Shown here in pieces: positions 40,521 to 51,282 of a stretch of DNA of 64,000 nucleotides. The notes beneath the pieces are model-generated. The model had not been told where the DNA came from and searched no databases. It worked only from the letters and a program-made list of their open reading frames with translations. The DNA comes from an uncultured bacterium (GTDB lineage Bacteria > Patescibacteriota > Minisyncoccia > Phycocordibacterales > UBA2100). Within the stretch, counting starts at the first letter, position 1; each line of letters opens with the position of its first letter. Made by a program: the position numbers and the translations under genes. The DNA lies in assembly GCA_903854215.1 (NCBI GenBank), contig CAINVT010000009.1, positions 191 through 64,190 of the forward strand. The letters run 5' to 3'.

Positions 40521-40571
40521 CTTCTGTTTTTTCCTATAAGCTACAAGCTATCACCTATAAGCTAATTCTCT

Positions 40572-40847
40572 ATGGCACATACAAAAGCGGGCGGTTCCGC
40601 AAAAAACCTACGTGATTCGAATCCTAAATATCTCGGCGTCAAGCGCGCCGATGGTCAAAAGGTATCGACGGGCGAAATCATCGTTCGTCAGCGTGGCACT
40701 GCCATCATGGCCGGCAAGAATATCGGTGTCGGTAAGGATCATACGCTTTTTTCATTGATCAACGGCGTCATTCATTTTCGCACCGCACGCAAGACTAACT
40801 ACGATGGCCAATCGGTCCGTCGACACGTTGTCGATGTGATCGCGTAA
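40572..40847 (+). CDS. rpmA: 50S ribosomal protein L27
   Basis: [31 protein letters not shown]...; the canonical L27. No rplU is adjacent. Confidence 0.9.
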   Translation: MAHTKAGGSAKNLRDSNPKYLGVKRADGQKVSTGEIIVRQRGTAIMAGKNIGVGKDHTLFSLINGVIHFRTARKTNYDGQSVRRHVVDVIA

Positions 40848-40868
40848 ATTTCGAAGTGAACAAATTAC

Positions 40869-40916
40869 AAAGATCTGACCTTAAGGGAATCCCAAGGTCA
40901 GACCTTTGTTTTTTGT
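40869..40916. terminator. bidirectional rho-independent terminator between convergent rpmA and rplI
   Basis: AAAGATCTGACCTT-aagggaatccc-AAGGTCAGACCTTT followed by GTTTTTTGTT. Confidence 0.65.
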
Positions 40917-40930
40917 TCTCTATTTTGTTG

Positions 40931-41374
40931 TTATGCCGCTTTCACAACGACCGTCATGTGCGCTGTATGACCGCCAAGCTTAATCGTCATCTTTGACTCC
41001 CCTATCGTTTTGATGTGACCGTCGAAATAAACCGCATCACTACTCACCTTTATTTTATATTCATTCTCGATCGCTTCGACGACTGCATCCGGTGAAAGTT
41101 GTTTATAGAGATTTCCCTTATCATTCGCTTTTGCGGCGATGGTGATTACCTTACCATCTATTTGCTTTACCCATGCACTTTCGAGTGCTTTGTGCTCACT
41201 ATCTTTATCCGCTTGCACTTTCATTTCAGATTGAACACGCACGACTTTGTCCGGAGTGGCCTGTTCGGCGAGCTTGCGCGGAATGAGAAAATTAAGCGCA
41301 TACCCGTCGGCAACATCTTTAATCGTACCGCGAGCTCCTACACCGCCGACATCTTTGAGAAATATGACTTTCAT
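40931..41374 (-). CDS. rplI: 50S ribosomal protein L9
   Basis: [36 protein letters not shown]... starts at an internal Met of the longer ORF; 147 aa. Confidence 0.85.
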   Translation of the reverse strand: MKVIFLKDVGGVGARGTIKDVADGYALNFLIPRKLAEQATPDKVVRVQSEMKVQADKDSEHKALESAWVKQIDGKVITIAAKANDKGNLYKQLSPDAVVEAIENEYKIKVSSDAVYFDGHIKTIGESKMTIKLGGHTAHMTVVVKAA

Positions 41375-41376
41375 AG

Positions 41377-42666
41377 TTAGTTGCCGTTTAAGACTTTTAT
41401 CGCGGCCTGCATTTGAGTATCCGTACTTGTCGCCGATGTCGCCTCGGTCGTGGTCGCGGTGACATCCGGCAGGATGCCGGTGTGTGGGATTTGTAGTCCA
41501 TCGGGGCCGAGCCAACGGGCGACCGTCACTTTAAGCGACGTCGTATCGGTAATCGGGAATAGTTCCTGTACGACACCTTTGCCGAAGGTGTGTGTGCCGA
41601 CGAGCTTCGCGACGCCATAGTAACGCATCGCATCGGCAAATATTTCGGATGCCGACGCGGAGCCTTGGTCAACGAGGATCACCGCTTTTAGATTTTTGTT
41701 GAAGATACTGTAGCCGAGCGAACGATGAATGATGTTGCTCGCGTGGCCATCATAATCCTCGGTGACGACAACATCGCCGGATGGCAGGAACCAGCTTGCC
41801 ATATCGACGGCCGCATCGAGATAGCCGCCCGGATTACCGCGCAAATCGAGGATAAGCTTATTGTCTCCTGATTGTACGAATGAGCGCAACGCATCGCGGA
41901 AAAGATCCGGAGAATTGCTCGTGAACTGCGATACGGCGATCACATAGATACCGCCGGTCTGCGTCGATGTGGTAACGATCGGTACGTTGATGACCGCACG
42001 AGTGACTTTGAAATCTTGCGGCGCACTCCAGCCATCACGCATGATGGAAAGCGTGACGACTGTTCCGGCGGCTCCGCGAATGTCATCGACGGCGGTATTT
42101 ACATCCATACCGGAAGTGGAAACACCGTTGATCGAAATGACTTGGTCGCCGCTTTTGATGCCCGCAGCTTCCGCCGGCGTACCCTTGAGCGGCGAAATGA
42201 CGGTCAATACGCTGTTCTTCACGTCGACCTGCATACCGACGCCGGCGAACGAGCCGCTCATGCTCGAGCTAAAATCGGTGTTTTGTTGCGGCGGAAGGAA
42301 GAAGGTATACGGGTCATTCAAGGAGCCTGCCATTCCCGAGATCATTCCCCACACCTCCGTCTGATCAATACCCGCGGTCGACGTAGCGATCGGCGTCGAC
42401 GTAGCAACGGCATCCGGTACGAAATTTTGATTGAGGATGTTCCACGCTTTCCATACGGGTGAAAAGTCGATATTCGACGGTTCCGCGCTATCAGAGCTCA
42501 GATTGACCGTTATATCTGCCGCGCGTACCGATATGAGAAATCCCGCACCGAAACCCGTAATAAGGAATAGTACCGCAGCGAACGCCGCCGACCGCACCGA
42601 CAAGAATCGCCTTCCATCGTGTTCATACATATGCGGATAGTATCTCACAGTCTTCTCGGGTAACAA
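41377..42666 (-). CDS. ctp: carboxyl-terminal processing protease (S41) with a PDZ domain
   Basis: 429 aa with an N-terminal anchor, a PDZ domain ([11 protein letters not shown]), and the S41 catalytic region [14 protein letters not shown]...HTFGKG. Confidence 0.85.
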   Translation of the reverse strand: MLPEKTVRYYPHMYEHDGRRFLSVRSAAFAAVLFLITGFGAGFLISVRAADITVNLSSDSAEPSNIDFSPVWKAWNILNQNFVPDAVATSTPIATSTAGIDQTEVWGMISGMAGSLNDPYTFFLPPQQNTDFSSSMSGSFAGVGMQVDVKNSVLTVISPLKGTPAEAAGIKSGDQVISINGVSTSGMDVNTAVDDIRGAAGTVVTLSIMRDGWSAPQDFKVTRAVINVPIVTTSTQTGGIYVIAVSQFTSNSPDLFRDALRSFVQSGDNKLILDLRGNPGGYLDAAVDMASWFLPSGDVVVTEDYDGHASNIIHRSLGYSIFNKNLKAVILVDQGSASASEIFADAMRYYGVAKLVGTHTFGKGVVQELFPITDTTSLKVTVARWLGPDGLQIPHTGILPDVTATTTEATSATSTDTQMQAAIKVLNGN

Positions 42667-42688
42667 AGTATGAGCTAATCGCCGAAAA

Positions 42689-43753
42689 TTAGCGGTAGAA
42701 AAAGAACGCGGTCACCATGATGGCATAGGCGATGAGGAGCAAAAGACCTTCGAACCAATTACTCTCCCCATCTTCGACAATAGTGTCGACGATGAGTACG
42801 GCAAGGATCAAAGCGATAAGCTCGAAACTGCCGAAGATCAATGTCATGTGCGTGTTGAAAAAGAAACTCACCAGTACGAGTATCGGGGCTACGAACATTG
42901 CGATTTGTGTGGCAGATCCGATCGCCACTTGGAATGCGAGATCCATGTTGTCTTTGAGTGCCACACGGATCGCGGAAGCGAATTCTGCGATGTTGCCGAT
43001 GATCGAAAGTACGACGATACCGATGAAGACTTGCGACCAACCGATGATCGCAATGACCGGCTGGATCGAATCGACTAAGATCTCACTCATTGCGGCGATC
43101 GCGAAGGTCGTTGCAAGCAGGATGCCGATACTTTTCCATTTGCTCCAGCGCGGTTCGTATGCGGCAACTTCACGCGTATAGAGATGTTGGTGCGTCCAGA
43201 GCGAAAAGAAAAGGCTCGCGACATAGGCGATGACGAGCAGGATTGCAACGATCACACTGATATCCTCGACCGTAGATGCGCTCGCTCCGCCCGATGTCGA
43301 TATGAAGATTGCCGGAATAATAAGCGCCGAGACGGCGAGCAGCAAGGTGGAACCGCTCGTCTTCGCCGCCGTTGCGTTGAACTTTTGATGCTTGTGACGT
43401 GTGCCGCCAAGAAATATCGCGAGTCCGAGTCCGAGGAGGAGGTTAGAAAGGATCGATCCGGTTATGGATGCTTTGACGACATCGATAAGTCCGGCATGCA
43501 AGGCAAAGGCAGCGATTATCAATTCCGGCGCGTTACCGAACGTCGCATTGAGAAAACCGCCGACGGCCGCACCGGTGTAGGTCGTTAATTCTTCGGTCGA
43601 TTCGCCGATCAGCTTCGCGAGCGGAATAATAGCGAAGGCCGCAGCACCGAATACCACCAGTGACGGTAACGGCGCGAAGAACGCTATAATCGCGACCGGC
43701 ACGAAGATCAATAGCGCATAAAAAACTTTGTCCAGCGTCGACATTCGGATCAT
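42689..43753 (-). CDS. Ca2+/H+ antiporter (CaCA family, ChaA/YfkE-like)
   Basis: 354 aa, about 11 TM helices, with the two alpha-repeat motifs GNAPELIIA and GNIAEFASAI. Confidence 0.8.
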   Translation of the reverse strand: MIRMSTLDKVFYALLIFVPVAIIAFFAPLPSLVVFGAAAFAIIPLAKLIGESTEELTTYTGAAVGGFLNATFGNAPELIIAAFALHAGLIDVVKASITGSILSNLLLGLGLAIFLGGTRHKHQKFNATAAKTSGSTLLLAVSALIIPAIFISTSGGASASTVEDISVIVAILLVIAYVASLFFSLWTHQHLYTREVAAYEPRWSKWKSIGILLATTFAIAAMSEILVDSIQPVIAIIGWSQVFIGIVVLSIIGNIAEFASAIRVALKDNMDLAFQVAIGSATQIAMFVAPILVLVSFFFNTHMTLIFGSFELIALILAVLIVDTIVEDGESNWFEGLLLLIAYAIMVTAFFFYR

Positions 43754-43811
43754 TGTACCATTTTTCGTTCATCAACAGGTCAGCGCCGCCTCCCTCTGTA
43801 CGGGGCGGGAT

Positions 43812-44741
43812 ATGTTGTATACTGAAACCATGTATTCGCGTTACGAACACGAAGGTTTGGTGTGGATCGATCTTGAATCACCGACCCGCGATGAGATCAC
43901 CCGCATTATCGAGGAATTCCAGATCGCGCCACTCATCGCCGAAGAGTTGCTTTTCCCCGCGACGAAGCCGCGTGCTGAATTCTACAAAGACTACATGTAT
44001 CTCGTCTTGCACTTCCCCGCCCTGCGCCATAGCCATAAGACGCGCGAGCAGGAAATAGATTTTATCGTCGGAGAACGTTTTCTTATCACGACGCACTACG
44101 ATGTCATCGATCCGTTGCATAAGTTCGCAAAAATATTTGAAGTGCATTCGATTCTCGAGAAAGACGAGGTCGATGATCATGCGGGATTCCTTTTCTTCTA
44201 TATGCTCAAAAAACTGTATAAAGCCGTCGAACACGAAGTAGAATATGTCCGGCACGAAATGGCACTCATCGAAGAGCACATCTTTTCTGACCAGCAGGTG
44301 GAGATGGTTGCAGCGATTTCTCGCAGCGCGCGCGATCTCTTGAATCTCCGACAGATGATCGAACCGCACCGCGATGTGTTACAGACGATCGAAGCGGAAG
44401 GTCCGCAGTTATTCGGCAAAGAATTTTCTCCGTATTTGCGCGCGTTGTCCAACGAATACTACCGCGTCCACAACCACGTCATGCGCGAGATGGAATCGCT
44501 GCACGAATTGCGCGAGACGAACAATTCTCTACTCACCACGAAGCAGAATGAGACAATGAGAATTTTTACTATTCTGGCATTCGTTACTTTTCCGCTTTCT
44601 CTGATCGTCGAGATTTTCAGTATGGACACGCATAACACGCCGATCGTCGGCCTGCCTTACGACTTTTGGATCGTCATGGCTATCCTTACATTTGCCTCTG
44701 TTCTTATGGTATGGTTTTTCCGTTACAAAAATTGGTTCTGA
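43812..44741 (+). CDS. corA: CorA-family divalent cation transporter with a variant pore motif (SMD in place of GMN)
   Basis: Cytoplasmic alpha/beta domain plus two C-terminal TM helices; loop FSMDTHNTPIVGLPYDFW. The start is ambiguous (ATG at 43812 or 43830; the track ORF begins at 43728). Confidence 0.75.
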   Translation: MLYTETMYSRYEHEGLVWIDLESPTRDEITRIIEEFQIAPLIAEELLFPATKPRAEFYKDYMYLVLHFPALRHSHKTREQEIDFIVGERFLITTHYDVIDPLHKFAKIFEVHSILEKDEVDDHAGFLFFYMLKKLYKAVEHEVEYVRHEMALIEEHIFSDQQVEMVAAISRSARDLLNLRQMIEPHRDVLQTIEAEGPQLFGKEFSPYLRALSNEYYRVHNHVMREMESLHELRETNNSLLTTKQNETMRIFTILAFVTFPLSLIVEIFSMDTHNTPIVGLPYDFWIVMAILTFASVLMVWFFRYKNWF

Positions 44742-44744
44742 TCT

Positions 44745-46271
44745 ATGAGATTTTCCGGTCTATTCCATCGTGCGCACCGCGAGAGCGGTACTACCGAAAA
44801 AACACCGCTCTTCCTTCACAATACGCTCGGTAACATAACGGAGCGTTTTGATCTTCCCCCACACGTACGGACGGTGCGCATGTATAACTGCGGTCCGACG
44901 GTCTACGGTGTCCAACACATCGGCAATCTATCGATGTTCGTATTCACCGATGTGCTGCGACGAACGCTTGAATACAATGGGTTTAAGGTCAAGCAGGTCA
45001 TCAACATAACCGACTTCGGCCATCTTACGTCTGACGCCGATGAGGGCGAGGATAAAATGACCAAAGGACTTAAGCGTGAGAAGTTAGCGATCACGATGGA
45101 AAATATGGTCGTGCTCGCCGAGCGCTACGCCACGATCTTTTTTACTGATCTCAAACAGCTCAATATCAACACAGACACGATAGAATTCCCGCGTGCAAGC
45201 GCCTACGTCCCCGCGCAGATCGCGATGATCCAATCGCTTGTCGAGAAAGGCTACGCGTACCAAACGGCACATGGCGTTTATTTCGACACGTCGCGATTCC
45301 ACGACTACGGCAAGCTCGGCGGCGTTGATCTTGTCGGCCAAAAAGAGGGCGCCGGCCTTCGCCAAGGCTCCGGCGGGCAAAGCACGCATGTCGAGATCAA
45401 TCACGAGAAACATCATGCGCATGATTTTGTCTTATGGAAATCCGATTCGAAGCTCGGTTGGGAATCACCGTGGGGATTGGGCTTCCCCGGCTGGCACATC
45501 GAGTGCTCAGCAATGATTCGTGCCGTCTTGGGCGAACAGATCGACATCCACACCGGCGGCATCGAACACATTCCGATCCATCATAATAACGAGATCGCTC
45601 AGTCCGAGGCCGCAACAGGAAAAAAACCATTCTCGCGATTCTGGATGCATCGCGCACACATACAGATCGAAGGCGGCAAGATCGCAAAATCGACCGGTAA
45701 TGTTATTTTTTTGTCCGATGTCATTGCACAGGGATACCATCCGCTCGCCCTTCGGTACCTTTTTCTCGGCGCGCACTACCGCACCAACTCAAATTTCTCC
45801 TGGGAAGCACTTGCTGCATCGCAGTCTGCCTTTGCCAAGCTCCTCGCGGTATGCGTACATTTCGCCGATCGCGAGCCAGGCACGGTCCCCGTTACATGGC
45901 GAGAGAAATTCATCGAGCGCATTAACGACGATCTTGATACTCCCGGAGCGCTCGCGGTCATTTGGGAAATGATCAAAGACAAGTCCCTTTCGCCGGAAGA
46001 TCTCGTCGCCGGGCTTCTGGACTTCGATCGCGTCCTGGGTTTGAATCTTGTTGATCCTAACGAAGCCGCTCTCGCGCTGGCGACGGCCGAGCTCAAAGAA
46101 GAAGTCGCGCTCGACGATCTCACCGTCCAAGTCCGCACCCTCATCGAAGAACGCGAGCAGGCGCGCCGCGACCGTTCATGGGACAAAGCTGATGCACTTC
46201 GCGACCAGATTGACGCCCTCGGCTATACACTTGAAGATGCTAAAGACAGCCTGCGGGTTTTCAAAAAATAA
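44745..46271 (+). CDS. cysS: cysteine-tRNA ligase
   Basis: [16 protein letters not shown] (HIGH region), WHIECSAM zinc site, and KIAKSTGN (KMSKS-like). Confidence 0.9.
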   Translation: MRFSGLFHRAHRESGTTEKTPLFLHNTLGNITERFDLPPHVRTVRMYNCGPTVYGVQHIGNLSMFVFTDVLRRTLEYNGFKVKQVINITDFGHLTSDADEGEDKMTKGLKREKLAITMENMVVLAERYATIFFTDLKQLNINTDTIEFPRASAYVPAQIAMIQSLVEKGYAYQTAHGVYFDTSRFHDYGKLGGVDLVGQKEGAGLRQGSGGQSTHVEINHEKHHAHDFVLWKSDSKLGWESPWGLGFPGWHIECSAMIRAVLGEQIDIHTGGIEHIPIHHNNEIAQSEAATGKKPFSRFWMHRAHIQIEGGKIAKSTGNVIFLSDVIAQGYHPLALRYLFLGAHYRTNSNFSWEALAASQSAFAKLLAVCVHFADREPGTVPVTWREKFIERINDDLDTPGALAVIWEMIKDKSLSPEDLVAGLLDFDRVLGLNLVDPNEAALALATAELKEEVALDDLTVQVRTLIEEREQARRDRSWDKADALRDQIDALGYTLEDAKDSLRVFKK

Positions 46272-46308
46272 GGGTTTTGTAAACCTGTGTTTCGCTTAAT
46301 TTGAGATA

Positions 46309-46342
46309 GTCCGCAATTTACCCAATTGGGTAAATTGCGGAC
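46309..46342. repeat. palindromic repeat copy 3 (perfect 34-bp palindrome) between convergent cysS and leuS
   Basis: GTCCGCAATTTACCCAATTGGGTAAATTGCGGAC shares the TTACCCAATTGGGTAA core and AGTCCG...CGGAC ends with the copies at 14292 and 14977. Confidence 0.8.
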
Positions 46343-46394
46343 ATCATGATATTGATATCTAAATACGCGAGTTGCTATCGCACATCTACCGCCC

Positions 46395-49300
46395 TCAATC
46401 TTCGACAACAACGAAGTTGACTAGCCGATTCGGTACGATGATGACGCGCGAGACAGTCTTACCATCCAGCTTTTCTACTACCGCTTCGTGGGCTAAGTTT
46501 TCAAGCGTCGATTTGTCCGAATCAATGGCCGCATCGATTTCCCCACGGGTCTTGCCGTTGATCTGTATCGCAATGTGCGCGGTGGTGCCTTTTGATTTCG
46601 TCTCGTCGGCGACCGGCCATGGCTCGAGTCGCAATTCGGTCGGGTGACCGCTTTTTTCCCAGAGCTCGTGAGTGAGATGCGGTGCGAATGGCGCGAGCAA
46701 TTTGAGAAACGTCTCGTACGCTTCAGATGAAACACTGTCGAGCTTCTCATATTCATTCAAAAGGATCATCAGTGCCGAGACGGCCGTATTCATTTTGAGC
46801 TTCTCAATATCATCGCTGACCTTCTTGATCGTCTGATGCAAAAGTGTTTCGAGCGGAGGTTCAAGCTTCGTCACGTTATCGGCCTTGATATCGGCAACGC
46901 GTTCAAGGAATCGCCGCATACCAACGACGCCGTTGTTGTTCCACGCGACCGGCTGATCGAATGGCCCGATGAACATTTCGTACAGGCGCAACGAGTCAGC
47001 GCCGACGGATTCAACGAGCGCATCTGGGCTCACCGAGTTCCCCTTCGACTTTGACATCTTCGAGCCGTCTTCGGCGAGAATAAGCCCATGGCTCGTGCGC
47101 TTCATATACGGCTCTGGCGAAGGCACTAATCCCTGGTCGAATAGGAATTTATGCCAAAAGCGCGAATAGAGAAGGTGCAGCACCGTGTGTTCCATGCCTC
47201 CGTTGTACCAATTCACCGGTGTCCAATACTTCATCAGGTCCGGCGAAGCGAATTCATGCGTATTCTGCGGATCTATATAGCGCAAGTAGTACCAGCTCGA
47301 GCCCGCCCAGTTGGGCATCACGTCCGTTTCTCGCTTTGCATCACCGCCGCACTTCGGGCACTTTGTGTTGACCCACTTAGTGATATTTGCGAGCGGAGAT
47401 TCTCCCGTTTCGGTCGGTTCATATTTTTCCACTTCCGGTAACGTGACCGGCAATTGATCTTCCGGCACCGGCTGCCATCCGCATCTCTCACAATGGATCA
47501 TGGGTATCGGCTCGCCCCAGTATCGCTGGCGGCTGAATACCCAATCTCGAAGTTTGAATGTCGTTACCATCTTCCCGCCGACGAATTCAGTGATCATTTT
47601 CTTCGCCTCATCGCTCGGAAGCCCGCTCAGTGTACCGGAGTTGACCAGAAATCCGTCATCGACAAAAAATTTGTCATTGAGATATTCCCAATCAATTTTA
47701 TCCTTGTCTTTTCCTCTATTTTTAAGCTGTTGCTCCTTGAACTTTTTAACAAATCGCTGTGACAACACCAGGGCTGTGTGGTGATTCAGTGATTTCTCTT
47801 GTTCCTCGAAATCATCATCCTGGCAATCAAATTCTCGAATATATGGTCCTATATCAATTTCGATTCCCTCGTCGTTTTTTAATATTGAATTCGTCAAATT
47901 TTCTGATATTTTCTTTTCTGCCACCTTGTGGAATCCAAGTTCGCCGAATAACGTAAGCAATTTCTGGTATGAATTGTCATCTTTTGTTATCAGATCAATA
48001 TCCTCAAATTCGCGATAAATGATTTTTGCATAAAAAGCGCAGGCCAAACCACCCAAAACCCAGAATTTGATATCTTTCTTTTTTGCGGCCTCATATATGG
48101 TGTCCAATGCAGTCAAAACTTTTTCAGTTTTTTCAAAGGCGGACATATCCGGCGTAACGGATTGAATAATAGGTAACCCGTACTTCTTAGCAAATGCACC
48201 ATCGCGCTCATCATGGGCTGGCACGGCCATGATAGCGCCGGTGCCGTAACTGCCGAGCACATAATCAGCAATGAAAATCGGAATCTCTTTTTTATTCGCC
48301 GGGTTTATAGCCTTGATCCCCTTCAGTTCGACGCCGGTCTTTTCTTTACCTTCAGCTGTGCGATCGATATCCGATTTGTTCCGTGCCGCCGTTTGATACG
48401 CGATCACCTCATCTTTGTTATCGAATTCATTCGCAAGCATCGAGACCAACGGATGTTCCGGTGCAAGTACCATATACGTCGCGCCGAATAATGTATCCGG
48501 GCGAGTCGTGAATACGGTCAAGCTCTGCATAAAGAGTTTCTTGAGACCATCGGTAATGGGCCCGAGTTCAAGCGATTCTTCAGCATCCGTCTGTTCGAGC
48601 ACATACTTTCCAGTCGCCTTCGAGATATATAATCCGCGAAGCGGAAGGTACGGGTCTACAGCGCCGTGCGATTCCGAAGTCAGAATAACGGGTCGTGTCG
48701 TTTCTATATGTGTTGCAACTTTCCCGGGCGTTATGAAGCATAAATTATTTCTCCATTCCGCATCAACTTTTCCACCACGCTTTCGGGCGATGTCCGCATA
48801 ATATGACTGCATACGACCACCTATCTCTTCGATGGAAAGTGATTTCTCGTCATCTCCGGCGAGCGCATTCCGTTTTACAGCGATCGGATCGATCATTTCC
48901 CCGTCGATAAAGAATCCGCTGTCATCGGCGAATACCGGCAGATCGGTGAGCGCTGCGAGAGCCCGAGCTTTTTTTTCGGAATTTTCTTCGAGAGTTCGGG
49001 CGTCTTCCGAGACGTCAAACCGTTCGATGCCAATATCCTTTGGCATCAACAATTCGATATCGATATGCCCTTCTTCGAAAAGTTTCCGCATACGCTTGAG
49101 CTTTCCCAGATTATTCGTGGCGAAAACGATCCTCATGCGCGGACGTTGCCACGAAAGCGAAAATGATATCTCCGCTCCATCCGACGGTCCGATCCAATTG
49201 CGCTGTTCCGTCTTCGCTCGCTCGATGTAATCAACGGTATCGAGGTCGTCGTAAAGTCGCTGCGCATATTTCGTAATTGCCATCATCCACTGTTCCTTTT

Positions 49301-49883
49301 CACGCTTCTCAACCGGCGTACCGCATCGCTCGCAGCAGCCGTCGACGACCTCTTCGTTGGCAAGTCCGATCTTGTCCTTCGGGCACCAATTGATCAGCGT
49401 CTTTGCTTTATACGTCAGACCTTTTTTAAAGAATTGTAAAAAAAGCCACTGCGTCCATTTGTAATATGAAGAATCGGTCGTGTTGATCTCGCGAGACCAA
49501 TCGAACGAGAGCCCGAGCGATTTGATCTGCCGGCGGAAGTTGTCGGTGTTCTCTTTGGTAACGATACGCGGATCCCGACCTGTCTTCAGTGCATAATTTT
49601 CCGTCGGTAAACCGAATGCATCCCAGCCGATCGGATATAAGACGTTATACCCTTGTGCACGGCGTTTGCGCGCCAGGACGTCGAGCGCGGTCCAGCTCCG
49701 CACATGCCCTACATGAAGCCCCTCACCGGAAGGATATGGAAACTCGATCATCAGATAATCCTTCGGCTTCTCTGAAACATCATCGGCGCGATACGCCGAT
49801 TCCTTCTCCCATCGAGACTGCCACTTCTTCTCTATCTTCTTGTGATCGTAATTCTTCATAATAAGTAATGTACGTCCTTCCAA
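46395..49883 (-). CDS. leuS: leucine-tRNA ligase (1162 aa) with two large insertions in the CP1 editing domain: a Ham1/ITPase-like domain and an ANT(2'')-like nucleotidyltransferase domain
   Basis: Class I HVGH and KMSKS motifs and an intact editing core (TVFTTRPDTLFGATY; GTGAIMAVPAHDERD). Insertion 1 (residues about 245-453, nt about 48525..49151) contains RIVFATNNLGKLKRMRKL ... LEENSEKKARALAALTDLPVFADDSGFFIDG, the Ham1/RdgB motif set. Insertion 2 (residues about 578-745, nt about 47649..48152) contains KFWVLGGLACAFYAKIIYREFEDIDLI...LFGELGF, the aminoglycoside 2''-nucleotidyltransferase-like pattern. Confidence 0.88.
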   Translation of the reverse strand: MEGRTLLIMKNYDHKKIEKKWQSRWEKESAYRADDVSEKPKDYLMIEFPYPSGEGLHVGHVRSWTALDVLARKRRAQGYNVLYPIGWDAFGLPTENYALKTGRDPRIVTKENTDNFRRQIKSLGLSFDWSREINTTDSSYYKWTQWLFLQFFKKGLTYKAKTLINWCPKDKIGLANEEVVDGCCERCGTPVEKREKEQWMMAITKYAQRLYDDLDTVDYIERAKTEQRNWIGPSDGAEISFSLSWQRPRMRIVFATNNLGKLKRMRKLFEEGHIDIELLMPKDIGIERFDVSEDARTLEENSEKKARALAALTDLPVFADDSGFFIDGEMIDPIAVKRNALAGDDEKSLSIEEIGGRMQSYYADIARKRGGKVDAEWRNNLCFITPGKVATHIETTRPVILTSESHGAVDPYLPLRGLYISKATGKYVLEQTDAEESLELGPITDGLKKLFMQSLTVFTTRPDTLFGATYMVLAPEHPLVSMLANEFDNKDEVIAYQTAARNKSDIDRTAEGKEKTGVELKGIKAINPANKKEIPIFIADYVLGSYGTGAIMAVPAHDERDGAFAKKYGLPIIQSVTPDMSAFEKTEKVLTALDTIYEAAKKKDIKFWVLGGLACAFYAKIIYREFEDIDLITKDDNSYQKLLTLFGELGFHKVAEKKISENLTNSILKNDEGIEIDIGPYIREFDCQDDDFEEQEKSLNHHTALVLSQRFVKKFKEQQLKNRGKDKDKIDWEYLNDKFFVDDGFLVNSGTLSGLPSDEAKKMITEFVGGKMVTTFKLRDWVFSRQRYWGEPIPMIHCERCGWQPVPEDQLPVTLPEVEKYEPTETGESPLANITKWVNTKCPKCGGDAKRETDVMPNWAGSSWYYLRYIDPQNTHEFASPDLMKYWTPVNWYNGGMEHTVLHLLYSRFWHKFLFDQGLVPSPEPYMKRTSHGLILAEDGSKMSKSKGNSVSPDALVESVGADSLRLYEMFIGPFDQPVAWNNNGVVGMRRFLERVADIKADNVTKLEPPLETLLHQTIKKVSDDIEKLKMNTAVSALMILLNEYEKLDSVSSEAYETFLKLLAPFAPHLTHELWEKSGHPTELRLEPWPVADETKSKGTTAHIAIQINGKTRGEIDAAIDSDKSTLENLAHEAVVEKLDGKTVSRVIIVPNRLVNFVVVED

Positions 49884-50006
49884 TGGCTTAGCGAGTGCAG
49901 ACTCGCCCTGCGAAGCTTTAGCGAAGTAGGGTCTATCTTCTTATGGTCGTACGATTTCATATGCAAGCGGTTATCCACAGAAGTTACCGAGCTCTGAGCT
50001 TTGTAG

Positions 50007-50978
50007 TTATTTTGTCGGAGCCGGATTTACGATGTTCGGTCCATATCGCTTCGGGTCGATCGTTCGTACGAAACAAGCTTGACCGACGTCGTGGTACCAA
50101 GAATCCGGCGCAGCATACTGACCAGCTACACCTGTCGATACGGGAACAGCAAGTGCTTCCGAAAACGTCGGAGAATTCGGTTGTGTCACTGCATTGAATG
50201 TCGCACAGAGCTTGAATGAAAGCGCCGATGTCGTCGCGTATTCATACGGGTTCCCGGTCTGCACGTCGACGGAGACGGCCGAATAGCTGCTGAGTGCATC
50301 AGCAAGGTCTGCAAGATGCGCCGGAAGCTTTCCTTCTACCTGCCAGTAGTACACGACTTGTGTCTGAATACTTTGAAGGTCGTTCACCTTCTCGTCGTCG
50401 AATCGATACGACCGCACTTGCCCCGGTGTACCGATAATAAGGAATCCTGACAGGATCGTTACTACGACGAGAATACCGATACCGACTCCGACTGACATGG
50501 CATAGCGTGGGTTGATATCCCAGTAACCCCAGAGGTCTGCAAGGAAATGCATCAAGCCGATACTCATGACAAAGAACACGATCAACACCTTCAGGATGAA
50601 ATGTGTCGTCAATTCTCCGCTAAGAAACGTATTGATGAGTGTGATGAGATCGATGACGACGGTGACGCCGGCAATGAAGATCGTGAGGACTAATGCCCAG
50701 CGACGGATCCAGAGGCTCTTCTTTACCGGCTCGCGCACGACGTCACGTCGGATGAAATGTATTAAGATGAAATACACCGGTACGAGGACGACCAGCGACG
50801 CCATCGCAAACCGGATACTGCTCGAGTATGGATCGATGTATGAATTCAGCGCGTCCGGAAACGCGATATCGATGTAATTGAAAAAAAGCGTGATAAGCGA
50901 TACTGCGCTCACATAGAGTGCTGCCATCGCTGCGACCCACAAGAAGAAATCTTTCGGACCTGTCTTTATTTTTTCCAT
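50007..50978 (-). CDS. polytopic membrane protein with a C-terminal extracytoplasmic domain (DUF5671-like), hypothetical
   Basis: 323 aa, about 5 TM helices in the N-terminal 200 aa. Confidence 0.45.
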   Translation of the reverse strand: MEKIKTGPKDFFLWVAAMAALYVSAVSLITLFFNYIDIAFPDALNSYIDPYSSSIRFAMASLVVLVPVYFILIHFIRRDVVREPVKKSLWIRRWALVLTIFIAGVTVVIDLITLINTFLSGELTTHFILKVLIVFFVMSIGLMHFLADLWGYWDINPRYAMSVGVGIGILVVVTILSGFLIIGTPGQVRSYRFDDEKVNDLQSIQTQVVYYWQVEGKLPAHLADLADALSSYSAVSVDVQTGNPYEYATTSALSFKLCATFNAVTQPNSPTFSEALAVPVSTGVAGQYAAPDSWYHDVGQACFVRTIDPKRYGPNIVNPAPTK

Positions 50979-50982
50979 ATTA

Positions 50983-51249
50983 CTATTTTACAAACTCACG
51001 CTTTTCAACCCTCGTCAGTCTTTTTTCAAAATCAAGAATCGTCAGAGAATCTTTGTCAACCGCGCGGCCCAGTGCCCGTACCTCGAGTCGTACCTCACTT
51101 ATTCGTTCTTCAAGCTTATTCCGTGTGAAATCGAGATCCTCCTTCGTAGCCATATCCGATAATCGTTCTTCAATATTCGTGATTCGAGTATCGATTGAGA
51201 TCAAAAGCTTTAAGATCCTATCTTCGTCTGAGGATGGTTTCTTACTCAT
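50983..51249 (-). CDS. small coiled-coil protein with an MATKEDL motif (DUF1640-like); paralog of 29286..29546
   Basis: MSKK...SDMATKEDLDFTRNKLEERISEVRLEVRALG...ILDFEKRLTRVEK. Confidence 0.5.
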   Translation of the reverse strand: MSKKPSSDEDRILKLLISIDTRITNIEERLSDMATKEDLDFTRNKLEERISEVRLEVRALGRAVDKDSLTILDFEKRLTRVEKREFVK

Positions 51250-51282
51250 GGATTGAGTATATCACGCAGCGCAAGACGTCCG

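Noticed and set aside
46395-49883. Inteins as an explanation for the extra length of LeuRS
   Set aside because: The inserted blocks lack intein splice-junction residues (N-terminal Cys/Ser, C-terminal His-Asn followed by Cys/Ser/Thr) and HEN motifs, and each has a recognisable enzyme-domain signature instead.
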